64,000 nucleotides of DNA, taken from NCBI GenBank assembly GCA_964395625.1, contig CAYNAR010000004.1, forward strand, positions 8,310-72,309, in the 5' to 3' direction. Shown one piece after another: positions 39,501 to 44,152 of this stretch. Every line of letters begins with the position of its first letter. The stretch's first letter is position 1. The translations under genes were made by a program, and so were the position numbers. Under the pieces are notes generated by a model. It made no database searches. It was given only the letters and a program-made list of their open reading frames with translations, and was not told the origin of the DNA. Origin of the DNA: an uncultured Gammaproteobacteria bacterium. GTDB taxonomy: Bacteria; Patescibacteriota; Patescibacteriia; Patescibacteriales; WJLG01.

Positions 39501-41411
39501 ACGGAAATGGAATACGCTTTCCACGGCACTTCCGACGCCATAGCTGGCGTTCCTTATTGCTTCCGCGTTTTACGTAATGGCATCCCTTTGGATTCCTATA
39601 GTCGTTATCCGGAGCTCACTCTTTCTCCGGCTCCGACGTCCACCTTCGTCTCGGTGTCACAGAAGACCGACGGTTTACATGCTGTCGATATAGCGGTTAA
39701 GACTGTCGTGGCCTCGGGTGATCCTTTGCGTCTAAAGATCGAGCTTGGTACTTCCACTTCCGGCCATTGCGATTTCACACCGTCATCGGATGTCTATATC
39801 GATAGTAGCGATGAGCACATAACAGCAACTTATGGCGACCCTGACGTCGACAATGAGTCGGAATTCCAAGTCGGTTCCACTACGGGCAATCTTATTTTGT
39901 CGGCTTTCGGAGAGAATACCATTAATTTCGACTGGTTGTCGGATAGTGATCTTGGAAACGTCGAAGGATATTATTGTTTGAGATCGACGGCTTACGATGG
40001 ATATGACCAGCAAGCCGTTCCGGCGACTACGACAGTTTTAATCGATCATAAGAAACCAAGCAATCCTGGTGACTTAACTGTCGATTCTAAGACTAGCGCT
40101 TCGGTTTCTTTAAATTTTGGAACAGTATCCAGTGATATAAACTTCTCACAATACAAAATATTCTATCGCGAGGGATCTTCTGGCGTGACGCAATCCGATT
40201 CTTTGTGGGGTTCTTCGTCCGATCCGGATTTGGGAAGCGTTAATTTTAACGGTACCGGTTCTACGACTATCACTGGCTTGATTATCAATAAACAATATGT
40301 CTTCAAGATTTTCGCTTATGATAGTTTTGGCAATGTTTCATCCTCTTCCGGTGAAATCACTGCCAGTTTGTGGAGTAAGAAGGTTCCTGCGGAGTGGATA
40401 TGGTATCAGGATCAGTACAATGAGACGCCGAATCTATCCTATGGCCTTAATGTGACGGCCGGCGATGTGACTTCCGGACAAGTGCTGAAATTACGTATGA
40501 CATTCAAAGAGGTCGAAGGAATAACAGCCATCAATAGCAAGCTACGACTTCAGTATTCTACGTATTCTAACTTCTCTTCCGATGTGCATAACGTCGGCGA
40601 AATTGGTTCGACTTCGATGTGGACTTATGGAGACGGCGTCGATAACGACGACGATCCGATATCCACGCTATTGATAACGCCGACTTCAACTGTGGCGATG
40701 GGTCATAATGAATCCGGCATTAACACTTCCAACTACGACCACCCAGCCTTGTCTTGGGCGGAGTGGGAGTTCACAGTGAGAAATAATGGAGCGGCGACCG
40801 GTACTATATATTACTTCCGAGCTTTCGACGTCAACATCAACGAACCGGTCAATTTGGAGCTTGGACAGATTTATCCTTCTGTTTTGACGTCTGTCGGGTC
40901 TTTATCCCAGTCGATACAAGGAATATCCTCCGGAGTATCGACAGAAGGTGTCACCACTAACGTCTCCACTGTCGACGGCGATATAGATTTCGGTCAACTT
41001 TTGCCTGGTAATCAGGCTATCGCAGCCCAGCGCTTCTCTATCACTACTAATGCCGAGAGGGGATATAGGTTGTATGTCTATAGTCGTTCAGACTTTATCG
41101 GTAATAATGGAGCCGTAATCAATCCTGTTTCGTCGACCAACGAATCTCCGGCGGCTTGGCCGGCCGTCCCTTCTCCGTCGAATTTCGGCTATCATTCCGG
41201 CGATGACACCCTCTCCGGAACAGCCCCGTCTCGTTTCGCCGCTAACAATACCTACGCTCGCTTTGAATCGGAAATGAAGGAAATAGCCTATAGCGCTATC
41301 CCTGTTAGCGATGATACTTTCGACTTGATTTTCCGCACCGAGATCGGTGCACAGCAACCGGCCGGAGATTTCATGACTAGTATAGTGTATATACTTGTTC
41401 CGGAGTTCTAA
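21561..41411 (+). CDS. Giant surface protein 2 (6,616 aa): highly modular adhesin-like protein with DUF2341, LamG/ConA-like, PA14-like, FN3-like and Ig-like repeats and a C-terminal WxL-like/pilin-like domain
   Basis: Uninterrupted 19,851-nt ORF preceded by the only clear SD in the window (gaAGGAGaaGGGGAG, 8-20 nt upstream). Signal/anchor 'VFWAGVVLATFLLLVGAIKVLA'. By eye: 15 FN3-like units ('..YKIFY..G....W.SSSD..L.....GL...T.Y.FNIWAYD..GNK') and 9 beta-sandwich units ('GDPK.DN..YQIGSSTG...NTVNFDWLS....G.YCLR'). Also 4 DUF2341 domains, 3 LamG, 1 ConA-like, 1 PA14-like, and 8 tandem ~110-aa repeats. Confidence 0.9.
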   Translation: MFKNLINRNKKVFWAGVVLATFLLLVGAIKVLADLPTNPSSLAQYGAATTTGSNFPNGYWSNNSQVNLFATSSELEKRGISLYYQFVTNATSFNTSTDWPASSCDSATAYGSCSSYIWRNHLASSTRWYDITYRYRTRITAKDTTVDADLTNFPAYVNLANLGVNHSFWTNVRTTGGDILITNNDGTRMPVEVVSINTTGRTGEVYFRADLLENSTSTYFWIYYGSSTATQPASTTTYGARNVWSNGYRGVWHLNQTAGARDSTSYGHNSASVGGTPTFGAAGKLGTAVTFNGTSRILVATSNNLEPARAPVFSAWVNRTATQNSYAKPFWYGTNNTSPYPAYGCEFNNTSDSNIGPSITAGNAKRSVTAITIPVTTWTYLVGSYDGLVLRSYVNGVERASTSYTGVMSNYDNTNGLGIGDRYQTGQGFTGSVDELRIASTTRTRGWITTEYTNMNSPQTFWATSTQWEYIHPADHIKIPSVPDGDYKWQVLARSVDGPSAWVVFNASTPNIRIDTVAPTTPGVLVPSASSSNTITLNFPTAVTETNFQEYKIFYRVGTTTKPDETNSVWSSSSDADLSSRTYNATTNTTVTGLATGTAYAFNIWAYDLAGNKASSTYIWERTNRPPVGFFNSAVQRSDGTGRVDVSIDVYDHDWENQVRTRIDYFSDTLCRGTPNKATIDSTDANTTSDFGDPKIDNDEYYQIGSSTGYILTSSGYNTVNFDWLSQANLPSGNGTYCLRAVAVDNRGAIRTIATTTLTIDNLPPSTPNVLVPTASSTNSITLNFPTAVTETNFQEYKIFYRVGTTTKPDETNSLWGSSSDADLSSRTYNATTNTVVTGLATSTAYAFNIWAYDNYGNKASSTFIWERTNRPPLGFFNSAAERTDGTGRIDLSVDFYDHDGENQVRARIDYFSDTLCHGAPNKATIDIVDANTTADFGDPKTDNSEYYQIGSSTGYILTSSGYNTVNFDWMSQSDIPNVTGTYCLRVTAIDNRSTSATIATTTLYIDNLAPTSPGNLTLGGRTINSITTTFGSASTETNFAEYKIFYKAGSGVTENDSLWGSSSDADLSSRTYNATADTTISPLTISTQYYFNIWAYDLYGNKSNAAELSVSTKSFPANATSLNQYTFSTSTAIVNGSWYAFRDMNLYATGTDPDSDNITLYYQLIDNSSSFVSATSTPVSPCLDGASFSGCTNKIWTNSGNVKYVTVSNIPDGDYKWSVLSCDTDGCADIWTPFNVTIPNFRLDATAPASLNGLVSYASSTIAMEILFPSAVTENNFAEYKIYYHTGSSTPVLETNSTLWSSSSDANLSSRTFNGAASTTITGLTDNTWYSFAIYAYDLAGNKASSTVMYDNTKKKEPPLAVFNSATERTDGSGVVDISIDFSDPNGDEVVRAYLGYDDVGCHGIDAKAFISSVDGDTTADFSDPKIDNDESYQIGSSTGWITTYYGPNTVNFDWLSKSNLPSGTGNYCLKVVVYDGELSYTATTSVYVDNSLTSLPGNLTLWGRETDSITLNFGAATNDVDFSEYKIFYKIGASGVTEGDSLWGSSSDAHLASVDYGGFGSTTITGLLSGTRYVFNIWAYDAYSNKASATTEFSVFTRSLPILPSSLAQYGRSTTTALSNVAWINYGEANFYATSSNFEGIPITLYYEFIANASSFTTATSVPPSVCSNTTAFNSCSSKIWSNEVNVEYIKILSIPDGSYKWQVMACDDNGCSDWRAYNQSTPNLRVDGTNPTAPGVLTPVASSSFSVTLSYGSQSVESNFQEYKIYYHTGSSTAVLETNSTLFGSSSDANLALINYGGYPTTNITGLDTDTWYSFAIYVYDFAGNKASSTVTYERTKLNQAPTIVLNSAGEKVDGSGAVDVSVEMDDPNNDDTLRALLEYDSDILCHGSAGKGSIDSTDANTAADFGDPKVDNDEAYPIGSSTGYILTSQGSNTVNFDWLSKNDLPSGNGAYCIRVTVFDGDATAIATTTIAIDNVAPTAPGNLTVGQRAFSSITLNFGSQSTETNFAEYKIFYRLGNSGVTEGDSMLGSSSDSDLSSRTFNSTTNTTISGLVSGSNYVFNIWAYDNYGNKSYAAGELLTSTIGWPSEPFSLNQYGVSTSTLLSNGLWYNQSTINLYATSSDTNDDYRVVYYEFISNGSTFTSATTTPASFCFDGTAFNSCSSKIWGKDVYSWYDRDYSYRTKITANATYVDGDLVDFPVYLSLSTLGVNHPIWSKMRSTGGDLLITNSSGVRLPIEIVSVSTTNKTGEVFFKADLLENSTSTDFYLYYGSSTASQPASTTTYGSRNVWSNEYAAVWHLGSSLTDSVNGIVGTNNGATVNTTVTKIGDSSMLFVSASAQYINFGNPTAINISGNRPITIQGWVRYVSLAAAYQDWFTKGDTQYLFQKSNANPGTNGTCIYDGGWKCVRAANAMINRWYYQATTYTGVNGGPVTLYIDGVASGTPTTATQISASTYNLYVGGNSQNAGRNLNGYADEIRISSTSRSSTWISTEYNNQNSPATFFSTSTEQDIFVAKYFTIPSLPDSSSGYKWRAMSCDYSGCSDWVSYNVSTPNVYIDTVNPTNPGVLSPSASSTNSITLNFPAAVTEANFAEYKIFYRVGTTTKPDETNFVWSSSSDADLSSRTFNSTAGTDIAGLATGTSYAFNIWAYDLAGNKASSTYIYERTDRLPSGSFASAAKRIDDTGSVRVNVIADDSDGDGLVGRVDYFSDNLCHGSPNKATLDTTDASTTAVSGDPKIDNDEYYQIGSSTGYILTSSGQNSVVFNWLSKTDLPSANGTYCLRLTLNDRRGGIKTVATTTLSIDNVPPVVSSVYIANGTHKIGSAITITINADAAGYSLGNSSTVNGKSLSNFVDLGNNSYTVVYTVVEGDTDRAAGMMPINIVLADSSGNLNLAFTSPSANTASVDATRPTISSTSFNPSSGIVRIGYVATSTITAGGNEIGLTASTTAFTINGKNVSASFVSLGGGQYRVAYTVVEGDADRLDSADLPINFVVRDTAGNYSLPYTTADSANRPGVDANKPTISSVVFSPSSGVLRIGSTTTATITAGGNETGLVVGSTMTINGVNVASTFTELGGGQYRVTYTVVEGNTNRLDSADLPINFRLQDGAGNQSNSYTVSDAANRPGIDATRPTISSVSFNPSSGVLKVGASTQATITAGGSELNLVASSTMMSINGKNVASTFVSLGGGQYRVTYTVADGDNNILDSADLPVALVVRDISGNSSLIYNTADALNRPGVDTQRPVINSVSFTPSSGVLKIGDTATATIVAAGNETGLTASTTGLLINGKNVASTFVELGGGQYRVVYVVAEGDGDVSDAAGLSVNLSLLDGVGNSAVPFTTADGDNRPGVDANRPTISSVSFNPSSGLLRIGASASITITAGNSETGLSASTTLLVNGKNIAGTFSSLGGGQYRVTYTVVDGDTDISDSLDLPVSLQLSDAAGNRSLVYNAADIANRPGVDAHTPSIINVSFAPTSGYLRIGQSATITITAGNSEAGLLASTTAMTVNGRNVSGAFTDLGGGQYRVIYTVASGDSDIPDANDLPVSFIMTDAAYNQTAVYNTADAANRPGVDANAPSISSVSFSQTNGLLRIGAGVDLTITANNNETGLTASSTMMLVNGRNVSGTFVELGGGQYRITYTVIKGDTDISDAADLPISLSLVDLLGNSSAIYTTANAANRPGVDAHQPVAPGNLVYSSNTNNSITFDFGSASSDTNFDYYTIYYKVGVSGVGINDSSWSSSSNANLGYANYNGAGTITISGLSTSTDYVFRIYAYDSAGNSSSSAAEVTAHTNKSPSAPYSLSQFRISNFSFGSYSNGSWITDQQAMLGAFSAVDEVADEELTIYYQFVPVANSFATATSVPSSACAPYSNYSSCSSDFWYGRHDATWWNDNYHSRQEINFGTNHSLLPIGYTASVAMDTRVGSTFVLRSNGDDIRIVWQSSSTDPVEIDRISTNGWNNSASNILFKLQSEIAANGNTDDDGKYYIYYSYSSAVNPPINPANIYAEYDDFNGTSLGAQWTTVDKDLVSGTSFSVGSGLLNIAAGGTDTWTANDEYGAIYQSFSGDFEATLRITSQGYANDWSKAGIMVKDDMSTTAANDGYTFMVATPANQYSFQYDATADGYLEGNLQAGGQVSLPACVRLIKSGTDFSGYYSTDCSTFTQVGTTQSLTTADATQHIGIGNTSHAGATLSSSYFDYIMIKANVSNPEESSLSDMEANLFTGTVVNGITDSSTGYKWQVMACSDKGVCSDWVRYNDTIPNLRFDSTHPTAPGAISIGKYGSTFVDVVFGSQTSEANFAQYKVYYKTGLNQVISVGDLSWGSSSDSDLSYINFNGTPSTTIDVLAADTQYTFAIFAFDAAGNYASSTIVSVTTGSSANPPTGYFNSVAQKTDGTGAVDISIEADDLDNNDTLRARIDYSAGSSCSFASPLDPTLNSVDADTTADYGDPKVDNDEIYQVGSSTGWILTSPGSNTVNFDWLSKTDVSSANGVYCLRLTLSDGTYQQTQSATTTVTLDNLNPTTPGPLSLSKQEGNDIELYLGATSTETNFYRYRIFYKRGYGGVTESDTEHADINLNNVDFNGVTTTTISGLVQGYTYTINIWAYDIYGNKSASNEVQISVNKPPVNPTDLVQEEHDGVSFYSLTNGAVAMHGDIHLSAYGLDVDSTSTHFYFQVATTGEELLVATTVPLQYCASTTPWNDCSLKIWGSAETLQETGQWYDASWLRRSRITIDKSKIRDDYLSFPVAIASGSSAYLMNYLDENASDIVFTASDGITPIPFEREFYSSSTGRFAFWVKTDIASDTDEVIYAYYDNPYNVLDFSTTTFWSTAYAGVWHLSENGASSLRQDRSLYANNATAHNYDGDEDNYYWVDGTDDFDGVDDYLSINDANSLDMTGSFSLALWFNPDTVENVQDLTAAGYTRYQIVGLRWNVAGTADCTPDADFNPAAIQPYAGATYGNSSWLNGSTWAVYDTSLSSVYGDYTQYSIDFDTIWGGDVGNSEVYMVSYLYSPREKQVTFSVGSDDTRMVWINGHLAHQECVDQGLVVDDQNFNYTLKQGWNTFIMRVSENAGGWGGQWRVSSTTQGMKYTANPRIIADKQSYQLSLKGSYLSGFYGTTSVDCLIATGTWQGAALIGGPNSLDLVFIDKSCASTTFSGTVTANNQPLIFGRNFDGKLDEIRIRSLSITKNLAMTINNLSRPYAMDDIYREVVPKVQTNIELFGIPDSSSGYKWQVFTCDSKGACSDWVKFDQNAPNFYIDSTAPTTPGPLTIDGQTANSITLNFGSQTQDTFFNEYRVYYKVGSSGVSESNTLWGSSSDADLNFIDFNGSGSTTVTGLANGTQYVFNIWAYDQFGRKASASAEVAGYTNFAPTSTLLTAIQRNDGSGRIDISASFFDQNGDGLKAKLEYGTYYGSACVFAPAQDLTLDEADYNATSTQGDAKIENDNEYQIGNVSGMIITSGGVNMVSLDWLSVLDLPSGDGNYCLRLKANDGVDDQISPATTTVIVDNVSPTKPGVLTFARRSSNSITLAFGNASSDTNFYKYRLLYKQGVSPITELNSLELVDSDLDYINYNGTATTSVGGLLPGMQYSFSLFAYDDYGHKSSSTQVTFTTNHLPLISFNAASQRTDGTGRADISIETYDINGDQVKVKVEYGSYSGGRCSFSSPQDPTLDTTDVNTTADFGDPKVDNSEAYQIGSSTGYVLTNSGSNTVNFDWLSGLDLASSEGIYCLRATANDGDADSLSATTTLMIDNAAPSIPGNLGVSSVNGDDVELSFGSQSTDTNFSQYKIFYRQGSTTAPTESDSSFDKLRDPDLGYINFNGTATTVITSLVQLVDYSFRIFAYDSYGNKSGSVSYVSTSTQQVPPATWREAEDVVDPTVSNYLGKNKTVRVRISIANLGDWQSEDRFKIQYVLKGSSCSSALGWLDVATTTAGRHFMMSDSENILDQEVSVQRFSNSEGYGFIPGYMVDNLSNISASTTLFGGQYTEMEYAFHGTSDAIAGVPYCFRVLRNGIPLDSYSRYPELTLSPAPTSTFVSVSQKTDGLHAVDIAVKTVVASGDPLRLKIELGTSTSGHCDFTPSSDVYIDSSDEHITATYGDPDVDNESEFQVGSTTGNLILSAFGENTINFDWLSDSDLGNVEGYYCLRSTAYDGYDQQAVPATTTVLIDHKKPSNPGDLTVDSKTSASVSLNFGTVSSDINFSQYKIFYREGSSGVTQSDSLWGSSSDPDLGSVNFNGTGSTTITGLIINKQYVFKIFAYDSFGNVSSSSGEITASLWSKKVPAEWIWYQDQYNETPNLSYGLNVTAGDVTSGQVLKLRMTFKEVEGITAINSKLRLQYSTYSNFSSDVHNVGEIGSTSMWTYGDGVDNDDDPISTLLITPTSTVAMGHNESGINTSNYDHPALSWAEWEFTVRNNGAATGTIYYFRAFDVNINEPVNLELGQIYPSVLTSVGSLSQSIQGISSGVSTEGVTTNVSTVDGDIDFGQLLPGNQAIAAQRFSITTNAERGYRLYVYSRSDFIGNNGAVINPVSSTNESPAAWPAVPSPSNFGYHSGDDTLSGTAPSRFAANNTYARFESEMKEIAYSAIPVSDDTFDLIFRTEIGAQQPAGDFMTSIVYILVPEF
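29979..32612 (+). repeat. Eight in-frame tandem repeats of about 330 nt (~110 aa, Ig-like) inside ORF2
   Basis: Unit starts ('..P(T/V/S)I(S/N)S') at about 29979, 30292, 30620, 30952, 31278, 31618, 31945 and 32282. Each unit carries 'TITAGGNETGL.AS.....NG(K/R)NV...F..LGGGQYRV.YTV.EGD.D..D..DLP......D.AGN.......ANRPGVDA'. Confidence 0.9.
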
Positions 41412-41422
41412 ACAAGTGCTGT

Positions 41423-41432
41423 TTATCCACAG
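41423..41432 (+). promoter_or_regulatory. Perfect DnaA-box-like motif TTATCCACAG (copy 2 of 3)
   Basis: Lies 12 nt after the ORF2 stop. A 1-mismatch inverted box TGTTGATAA is at 41450-41458. Confidence 0.35.
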
Positions 41433-41582
41433 GCCTTTTTACACAAGGTTGTTGATAAGCGGCCTTTTGTTTTTCTTTCAAATTCGGATTTTGTTGTTTA
41501 TCCTTTTAAATATGGGGCGTTTAGGTGTTGTTTGCCTTATTTTTTGGAATAACTTTTTTGTGTATATGTTGTTTATTTATTG

Positions 41583-41611
41583 TTAACAAGTTTTTTAAAA
41601 TATGGTATAAT
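41583..41611 (+). promoter_or_regulatory. sigma70-type promoter for the 41757 gene (long ~145-nt leader)
   Basis: -35 TTAACA (41583-41588), 17-nt spacer, extended -10 TGgTATAAT (41603-41611). Confidence 0.55.
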
Positions 41612-41756
41612 CAAGATAGGTGCATAGTAGGCTAAAAATCCAAAATTACCCTTTTTTGATAGTGGGGCCCTTGGGGTATTAAAGGTCGAATGTTGGAAAT
41701 GCTGATCTTAGCATCTGTTTTAACTATTTGTCTTAGGTTAAAAGCAAAAATAAATT

Positions 41757-42797
41757 ATGAAATTAAAAAGGCAGAAGTTTATCGTTGCCATAGTGATGTT
41801 CTCACTGGTATTCTCGTACGGATTCGTTCCGTCGATTACCGAAGCCGCTTCTCTTGAAGTAGCCAGAGACACGATTAGCGATTCTGATTTAGGAGCTACT
41901 GATGTTATTCATACCATCTTCGCTTCTACTACTCAGGCTATTCCTGCTAGTGGCTATTTCGAAATAGTTTTCGACGCGTCTATAACTGGTATAAGTTCAG
42001 CCAATTTGACTTGCCCGTCTTCCGGTACTGCCGGTGGAGCTGGTAATACGTTGACTTGTACTTATGACGGTGGCTTGGCTGAAGGTCCTTACACTATAGT
42101 GTTGACCGACGCAATCAATCCGAACGCTGTCGGTAGCTATTTGGTGCATATTTATACTAGAACGTCCGGAGCGGTTGAAATAGAGCATTCTTCTGTAAGA
42201 ATCGCCATCGTCAATGACGTCACTGTCACTGCTACGGTCGAAGCCACTTTGACATTCTTTGTTGGTGGTTTAGCTACCGGAGCGGAAGTCAATGGGCAAT
42301 TGACTACCGGTTCTTCGACTTTTCAAAGTTTGGCTTTCGGCACTTTGCCGGTTGGTTCCTCAAGAACCATGGGCCAGCAGTTGAGAGTTACGACCAATGC
42401 TTATTATGGCTACACGGTGACTGTCTTCCAAGATCATAATCTTCTTGCCAACAACGGGGCAGACATTGATTCTTTCGTAGATGGGACTGCCGCCTCCATT
42501 TCAGCTCAGAACTGGGTCGCTCCGACCGGTACTCTCGGTGACGAGAATACATATGGTCACTTCGGTGTCGCGTCTAATGACGCTTCATTGAGTAGCGGTG
42601 ATGTTTTTGGCGCTGATCAGTGGATGGGTTTTGATAATACTGACCCGATCCAGGTCATGTATCACAACGGTCCGGCTGACGGTTCGACCGATGATATCGG
42701 TTCTTCGACTGTCGCTTATAGAATACAGATCAATGCTTTGCAAGAAGCTGGTGATTACAGCAACACCTTGACCTATATCTGCACTCCGACTTACTAA
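41757..42797 (+). CDS. Secreted two-domain protein (346 aa); the C-terminal beta-sandwich is homologous to the ORF2 C-terminus (WxL-like / SCPU-pilin-like)
   Basis: Signal 'FIVAIVMFSLVFSYGFVPSITEA'. The N-domain 'DTISDSDLGATDVIHTIFASTTQAIPASGYFEIVF' is shared with the 48412 protein. The C-domain 'LAFGTLPVGSS...LRVTTNAYYGYTVTVF...NNGADI...YGHFG...AYRIQINALQEAGDYSNTLTYICTPTY' aligns by eye to ORF2 residues encoded at ~40.9-41.41 kb. Confidence 0.85.
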   Translation: MKLKRQKFIVAIVMFSLVFSYGFVPSITEAASLEVARDTISDSDLGATDVIHTIFASTTQAIPASGYFEIVFDASITGISSANLTCPSSGTAGGAGNTLTCTYDGGLAEGPYTIVLTDAINPNAVGSYLVHIYTRTSGAVEIEHSSVRIAIVNDVTVTATVEATLTFFVGGLATGAEVNGQLTTGSSTFQSLAFGTLPVGSSRTMGQQLRVTTNAYYGYTVTVFQDHNLLANNGADIDSFVDGTAASISAQNWVAPTGTLGDENTYGHFGVASNDASLSSGDVFGADQWMGFDNTDPIQVMYHNGPADGSTDDIGSSTVAYRIQINALQEAGDYSNTLTYICTPTY

Positions 42798-42852
42798 GGT
42801 TTGGGGTAGGAATAGGTAGAAAAAAGTTTGTAGATATATTGGATATGTCTAT

Positions 42853-42892
42853 AAAGCTCTCCTCGGGAAACCGAGGGGAGCTTTTGTTTTTG
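42853..42892 (+). terminator. Strong rho-independent terminator
   Basis: aaagctctcctcgg (42853-42866) / ccgaggggagcttt (42871-42884), 14-bp stem with one G-U pair and a GAAA loop, then TTTTGTTTTT. Confidence 0.85.
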
Positions 42893-43020
42893 GCTTGTTT
42901 ATAGAGATTGCTATCTATCCTAAAAATTGATAAAATATTAGTAAATAAAAAAAATAAAACAAAAATACCTGTTGTAAGGCTGAAAAGGCGCGATTATCGA
43001 CAGGATTTTAGATTTTAAGT

Positions 43021-44139
43021 ATGCACAAAATGAAAAAGATGCTTTCTTTGGTGGTGTTTTTGATGGTCTTTGGCTCCTTACAAGTGGGGTCGCCGGCAGC
43101 GGCGCAAACATCGGCAGTGGGTATAAAGATTGTTCCAGCTGTTTTGGGTGGTGATGGTCCGATGCTGGTAAAGCCAGGCGACGTCTTGAACGAGGAGTTG
43201 GCGGTCACTAATAAATCGGAGCTCGAATTAGACATGTATGCTTATCTTCGGGATTTTAAGGCCGCTGACGAGAAAGGCTCTCCGGAGTTGATAGTTCCAG
43301 GTTCGGAATCCGGCAACTACATCTCGTCTTGGTTGGAGATTACCAGCGAGCCGATAAAATTTTTGCCTGGTCAAGAGATAAAAATCCCTTATACGATAAG
43401 AGTCCCGGAGAATGTCGGTCCTGGCGGGTATTACGGCGCGATAGTTTTCGGCACACAGGCTCCTAAGACTAAGCCGGGAGAAGCTGAAAAAGGCGCCGCT
43501 ATCGGTGTGGCACAACAGGCGACAGCATTGATTCTTTTGCGCGTCGAAGGAAAGACCGACGAGCGGGCCGATATTAGAGAGTTTAAGACTGATAAGAGTA
43601 TCTATTCCACACCTTTCGACGTTAAGTTTATTTCCAAGATAGAGAATATGGGCAATGTGCATGTCCAACCTGTCGGTATGATCGAGATTAAGAATATGTT
43701 CGACAAGAAGGTCGCCTCTTTAATGGTGAACGAGGATCGTAACAATGTCTTGCCCAAGAGTTCACGATCTTATGAGAATAATTGGAAGGAAAATTTCGGA
43801 TTCGGTAAATATCAAGCCTTGCTCACTATGAGTTACGGACTGTCCGCTAATAAAGGTGGTGATGGTCGCAAATCCGTGACGATGACCCATTATTTCTGGG
43901 TTTTACCGGCAAAGATGATTACTTTTTCGATCGTAGGCATTCTGACTTTTATCGGCTTGATGCTATTGACTCTAAAGATCTATAAACGCAGGGCGATAAG
44001 GGAGGCCATGGAAAGAATGGGCACAGGGCGCAGATTGTCGTCGGGAAAGAGGAGTAGTGGCGGTTATTTTTCCACATTTTTCGTATTATTGGCTATAGCG
44101 GCCGTAATAATGTCCATATTATATTTTGTCTTGTTCTAA
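43021..44139 (+). CDS. DUF916/DUF3324-like (WxL-interacting-protein-like) surface protein, paralog 1, with C-terminal TM anchor
   Basis: Signal 'LSLVVFLMVFGSLQVGSPAAAQ'. 'IRVPENVGPGGYYGAIVFG', 'ALILLRVEGKTDERADIREF' and 'ENMGNVHVQPVGMIEIKN'. TM 'ITFSIVGILTFIGLMLLTL' followed by KIYKRR, plus a second C-terminal hydrophobic segment. Confidence 0.8.
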   Translation: MHKMKKMLSLVVFLMVFGSLQVGSPAAAQTSAVGIKIVPAVLGGDGPMLVKPGDVLNEELAVTNKSELELDMYAYLRDFKAADEKGSPELIVPGSESGNYISSWLEITSEPIKFLPGQEIKIPYTIRVPENVGPGGYYGAIVFGTQAPKTKPGEAEKGAAIGVAQQATALILLRVEGKTDERADIREFKTDKSIYSTPFDVKFISKIENMGNVHVQPVGMIEIKNMFDKKVASLMVNEDRNNVLPKSSRSYENNWKENFGFGKYQALLTMSYGLSANKGGDGRKSVTMTHYFWVLPAKMITFSIVGILTFIGLMLLTLKIYKRRAIREAMERMGTGRRLSSGKRSSGGYFSTFFVLLAIAAVIMSILYFVLF

Positions 44140-44152
44140 AATACAGAAAATA

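Noticed and set aside
21561-41411. Diversity-generating retroelement (template/variable repeat pair targeting a giant surface protein)
   Set aside because: No reverse transcriptase gene is present in the window. I saw no near-identical non-coding repeat pair whose differences are restricted to adenines. The repeat divergence looks like ordinary synonymous drift.
41612-41756. Riboswitch or structured leader in the ~145-nt 5' UTR of the 41757 gene
   Set aside because: I could not find extended, convincing helices or any known riboswitch core motif by eye, only short palindromes (atgct/agcat, ggcc).
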